40,438 bases of DNA from an uncultured Candidatus Saccharibacteria bacterium (GTDB lineage Bacteria; Patescibacteriota; Minisyncoccia; JACQLN01; CAZPCT01). The notes beneath the pieces were generated by a model. That model was not told the origin of the DNA. It was given only the letters and a program-made list of their open reading frames with translations, and did no database searches. Position numbers and translations under genes: made by a program. This document shows, piece by piece, positions 38,488-40,438 of this stretch; the stretch's first letter is position 1, and each line of letters begins with the position of its first letter. Location: NCBI GenBank assembly GCA_964585325.1, contig CAZPCT010000005.1, positions 1 through 40,438 of the forward strand, written 5' to 3'.

Positions 38488-39801
38488 ATGGAGGCACTTA
38501 TCCGATTTATCAAACTATTCCGGCCCCTTGTTCCTGAACACATACGGCCTGTGGGTCATTTTGTAGTTGCAGAGGCGGGTGCGCTACTCTACGGCCTCCC
38601 ATCCCGCGGCATGTTGGTGGTGGGCGTTACCGGCACAAACGGCAAGTCAACGGTTGTCGCTCTGTTACATCACGTGTTTAACAAGACGGGACTGCGCGTG
38701 GCCTCACTGTCTTCGTTGCGGGAGAATATTAACGGAACGGAACGCGCACGCGGAGAGGCGGGTTCGGCAAAGAACACTATGCCGGGGTGGTTTGATCTCC
38801 AACGATTTTTCAGGCGCGCCAAGAAGGCGGGCTGTCAGGTGGTAATTGTTGAGGTGACATCTGAAGGCATCAAGCAGTACCGGCACCGCGGCATCTTTTT
38901 TGACCGAGCTGTCATTACCAACCTTCAACCTGAGCACATTGAATCACACGGCTCATTTGAGGCCTACCGGGACACAAAAGGAAAGTTATTCACATCACTT
39001 CACCGTTGGAAGCCGGGAGTCTCCACGGCTAGCATTGTCAATCTTGACGATCCTTCGGCGTACTACTACATCCACTTTGAGGCGGACGAGAAGTGGGGAT
39101 TTGGTGTGGAGGCAGAGAACGGAAGAGGGGGGGTGAAAGCGGTCATTCCTTCGCGCGTGAACGTGAGTACTCAGGGCATTTCTTTTGACTACGGCGGGCT
39201 CACCTTTACAAGTGAGCTGGTGGGGGACTTTAATGTATCAAACATGCTCTGTGCCCTTGCAGTGGCTCTGAGCTTCCGGCTTCCCCTTGCGGACATACGT
39301 GACGCGCTCTCCACTGCTCCCGCTGTTCCCGGGCGGCTGGAGGTCATTGCCGAAAAACCCCGCGTCATTATTGACTATGCGCACACTCCCGACGCGCTTG
39401 AGGGAGTCTACCGCAACGTTCGTGAACTGTGGCTCCCCACCAAAGGCCGCCTTATTGCAGTGTTGGGGGCCGCCGGTGGGGGAAGAGACAAGTGGAAGCG
39501 GCCCGAATTTGGGCGTATAGCGAGCCGGCAGGCAGATCTTGTGGTGCTGACAAACGAAGACCCGTATGACGAAGACCCCGAGGCTATAGTGGCTGAAATT
39601 GCGCACGGTATAGAAAAGACGCCGTTTGAGATAATTATTGACCGCAGGGACGCAATAGCGCACGCACTTGCGCAAGCAGGGCCGGGAGACGTGGTGGTCA
39701 TTACAGGGAAGGGAGCCGAGCAGGCAATGCAGACAGGGGCGGGTGCGGTCTCCTGGGATGACCGGGAAGTAGTCAAAGATATTCTTAACAACCGTTCCTG
39801 A
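38488..39801 (+). CDS. murE: Mur ligase, MurE-type (UDP-MurNAc-L-Ala-D-Glu : diamino acid ligase) with a short N-terminal domain
   Basis: VVGVTGTNGKSTV (P-loop), EVTSEGI, TNLQPEHIESHG, DYAHTPDALEGV, and a C-terminal LTNEDPYDEDPEAI. 437 aa. Confidence 0.8.
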   Translation: MEALIRFIKLFRPLVPEHIRPVGHFVVAEAGALLYGLPSRGMLVVGVTGTNGKSTVVALLHHVFNKTGLRVASLSSLRENINGTERARGEAGSAKNTMPGWFDLQRFFRRAKKAGCQVVIVEVTSEGIKQYRHRGIFFDRAVITNLQPEHIESHGSFEAYRDTKGKLFTSLHRWKPGVSTASIVNLDDPSAYYYIHFEADEKWGFGVEAENGRGGVKAVIPSRVNVSTQGISFDYGGLTFTSELVGDFNVSNMLCALAVALSFRLPLADIRDALSTAPAVPGRLEVIAEKPRVIIDYAHTPDALEGVYRNVRELWLPTKGRLIAVLGAAGGGRDKWKRPEFGRIASRQADLVVLTNEDPYDEDPEAIVAEIAHGIEKTPFEIIIDRRDAIAHALAQAGPGDVVVITGKGAEQAMQTGAGAVSWDDREVVKDILNNRS

Positions 39802-39806
39802 GGCAC

Positions 39807-40238
39807 ATGAAGTCCCCGTCTACAGCCCGCGACACCTTTTTAACACTTGAGAGCACGAATGAGGTGCGCCTGCGTCTGCGGGCGGGCACGGTTGAAGATC
39901 TTTTTCACTTATCACTGGAGGGCATGGCGTCTGTTGTCTACGGCCCGTATCGCGCCTCCCACCCGCAACTGACTGTTCCTATACGAGTGAGCTCTATAGA
40001 CGTAAACGCCCTTATGGTAGATTTTTTAAGTGAGACCCTGTGGCAAGGAGAGGTTCACCAGGCCGTATTTCCTGAAATGCGTGTCAAGCGCTTTACTAAT
40101 TCAGAAATTGAAGCGGATCTGATGGGTATACCCATCAACAGGTTGGATAAAAACATACACACAGTTGCCTACACGGGCATGCGTGTGTGCCGCAATAATG
40201 ATGGTTTGTGGCAGACAGAGGTCTCACTCCAGGTGTGA
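39807..40238 (+). CDS. Archease-like protein
   Basis: 143 aa. Pattern ...L.AGTVEDLF..SLEGM..VV... , IDVNALMVDFLSETL , ..HTVAYTGMRV....GLWQTEVSL.V resembles archease (tleelF..aa.al ; LLv.wL.ell ; KAvTYh.l.v...g.w.a.vv.Dv). Confidence 0.5.
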   Translation: MKSPSTARDTFLTLESTNEVRLRLRAGTVEDLFHLSLEGMASVVYGPYRASHPQLTVPIRVSSIDVNALMVDFLSETLWQGEVHQAVFPEMRVKRFTNSEIEADLMGIPINRLDKNIHTVAYTGMRVCRNNDGLWQTEVSLQV

Positions 40239-40292
40239 GGGTAGAAGCTGTGTCTTGCCAAGTGGGGCGTATAACTATGCTAAGGTGTTTTC

Positions 40293-40438
40293 ATGCAAAA
40301 GTTACTCGTTATAGATGTTGAGGTACAAAAAGACTTCCACGAAGTGGGGGGCCGGAGTCATTTTGATAAACTAGGCATCTCTGTGGCAGGCGTGTATGAC
40401 TACGTTACGGACACATACCGGTGCTTTGAAGAGGGAGA
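40293..40438 (+). CDS. 5' fragment of a CDS running off the window; possibly an RNase H-fold/DEDD-type 3'-5' exonuclease
   Basis: ATG at 40293. Translation: MQKLLVIDVEVQKDFHEVGGRSHFDKLGISVAGVYDYVTDTYRCFEEG. VIDVE resembles an ExoI DxE motif. Truncated by the window edge. Confidence 0.3.
   Translation, partial: MQKLLVIDVEVQKDFHEVGGRSHFDKLGISVAGVYDYVTDTYRCFEEG

Noticed and set aside
37859-38497. A 212-aa minus-strand ORF antisense to the FemAB gene, and similar antisense ORFs at 12404-12943 and 32832-33341
   Set aside because: Each is fully contained within, or overlaps, strongly supported sense-strand genes (FemAB, VirB4, polA/holA). None has a recognisable motif.
1-40438. Alternative genetic code (UGA recoding, as in some CPR lineages), CRISPR arrays, tRNA/rRNA genes and IS elements
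   Set aside because: TGA terminates conserved genes at family-typical lengths (for example GTGA at 3389-3392 and ATGA at 22742-22745 and 15139-15142). No spaced direct-repeat arrays, tRNA-like T-arm (GGTTCGA) cloverleaf candidates in the intergenic gaps, or transposase-like ORFs were seen.

Overview
This is a 40.4-kb chromosomal segment of roughly 50% GC. It uses the standard genetic code, since TGA terminates well-conserved genes. It is densely packed with compact housekeeping genes.

Main content:
- Replication-origin neighbourhood: jag-yidC-yidD-rnpA-rpmH on the minus strand diverge from dnaA-dnaN-DUF721 on the plus strand.
- DNA repair and recombination: uvrD/pcrA, uvrB, polA, holA, and dispersed ruvA, ruvB and ruvC.
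- Cell wall: LysM/M23 endopeptidase, class A PBP, FemAB-family transferase, MurE.
- Translation-related: rsmA, tyrS, rpsT, rpmH, tsaE, yebC.
- An orphan PilB/GspE ATPase and an archease.

The gene set, the shortened proteins and the PrgI/VirB4/T4SS-pilin combination look like Patescibacteria (CPR, Parcubacteria-like). That assignment is inference only.

The stand-out feature is an 11.9-kb plus-strand operon of 12 translationally coupled ORFs (5132-16982), ending about 2 kb from rpmH-dnaA. It combines a stripped-down type IV secretion core with seven signal-peptide or TM-anchored proteins I cannot assign to any family. The core consists of a VirB6/TrbL-like protein, a PrgI/VirB3-like protein, a VirB4 split by one in-frame TAA, and a VirB2-like pilin. 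No coupling protein, relaxase, VirB11, integrase or transposase is present in the window.

Secondary points of interest:
- A promoter-to-terminator unit (28332-28612) that appears to encode a structured sRNA of about 245 nt of unknown class.
- A stand-alone transcription unit for a 75-aa poly-acidic protein.
- A GC-rich single-gene island.
- A PolA lacking the 3'-5' exonuclease domain.
- Recurrent extended -10 elements very close to start codons.

I saw no rRNA, tRNA, CRISPR array or IS element.
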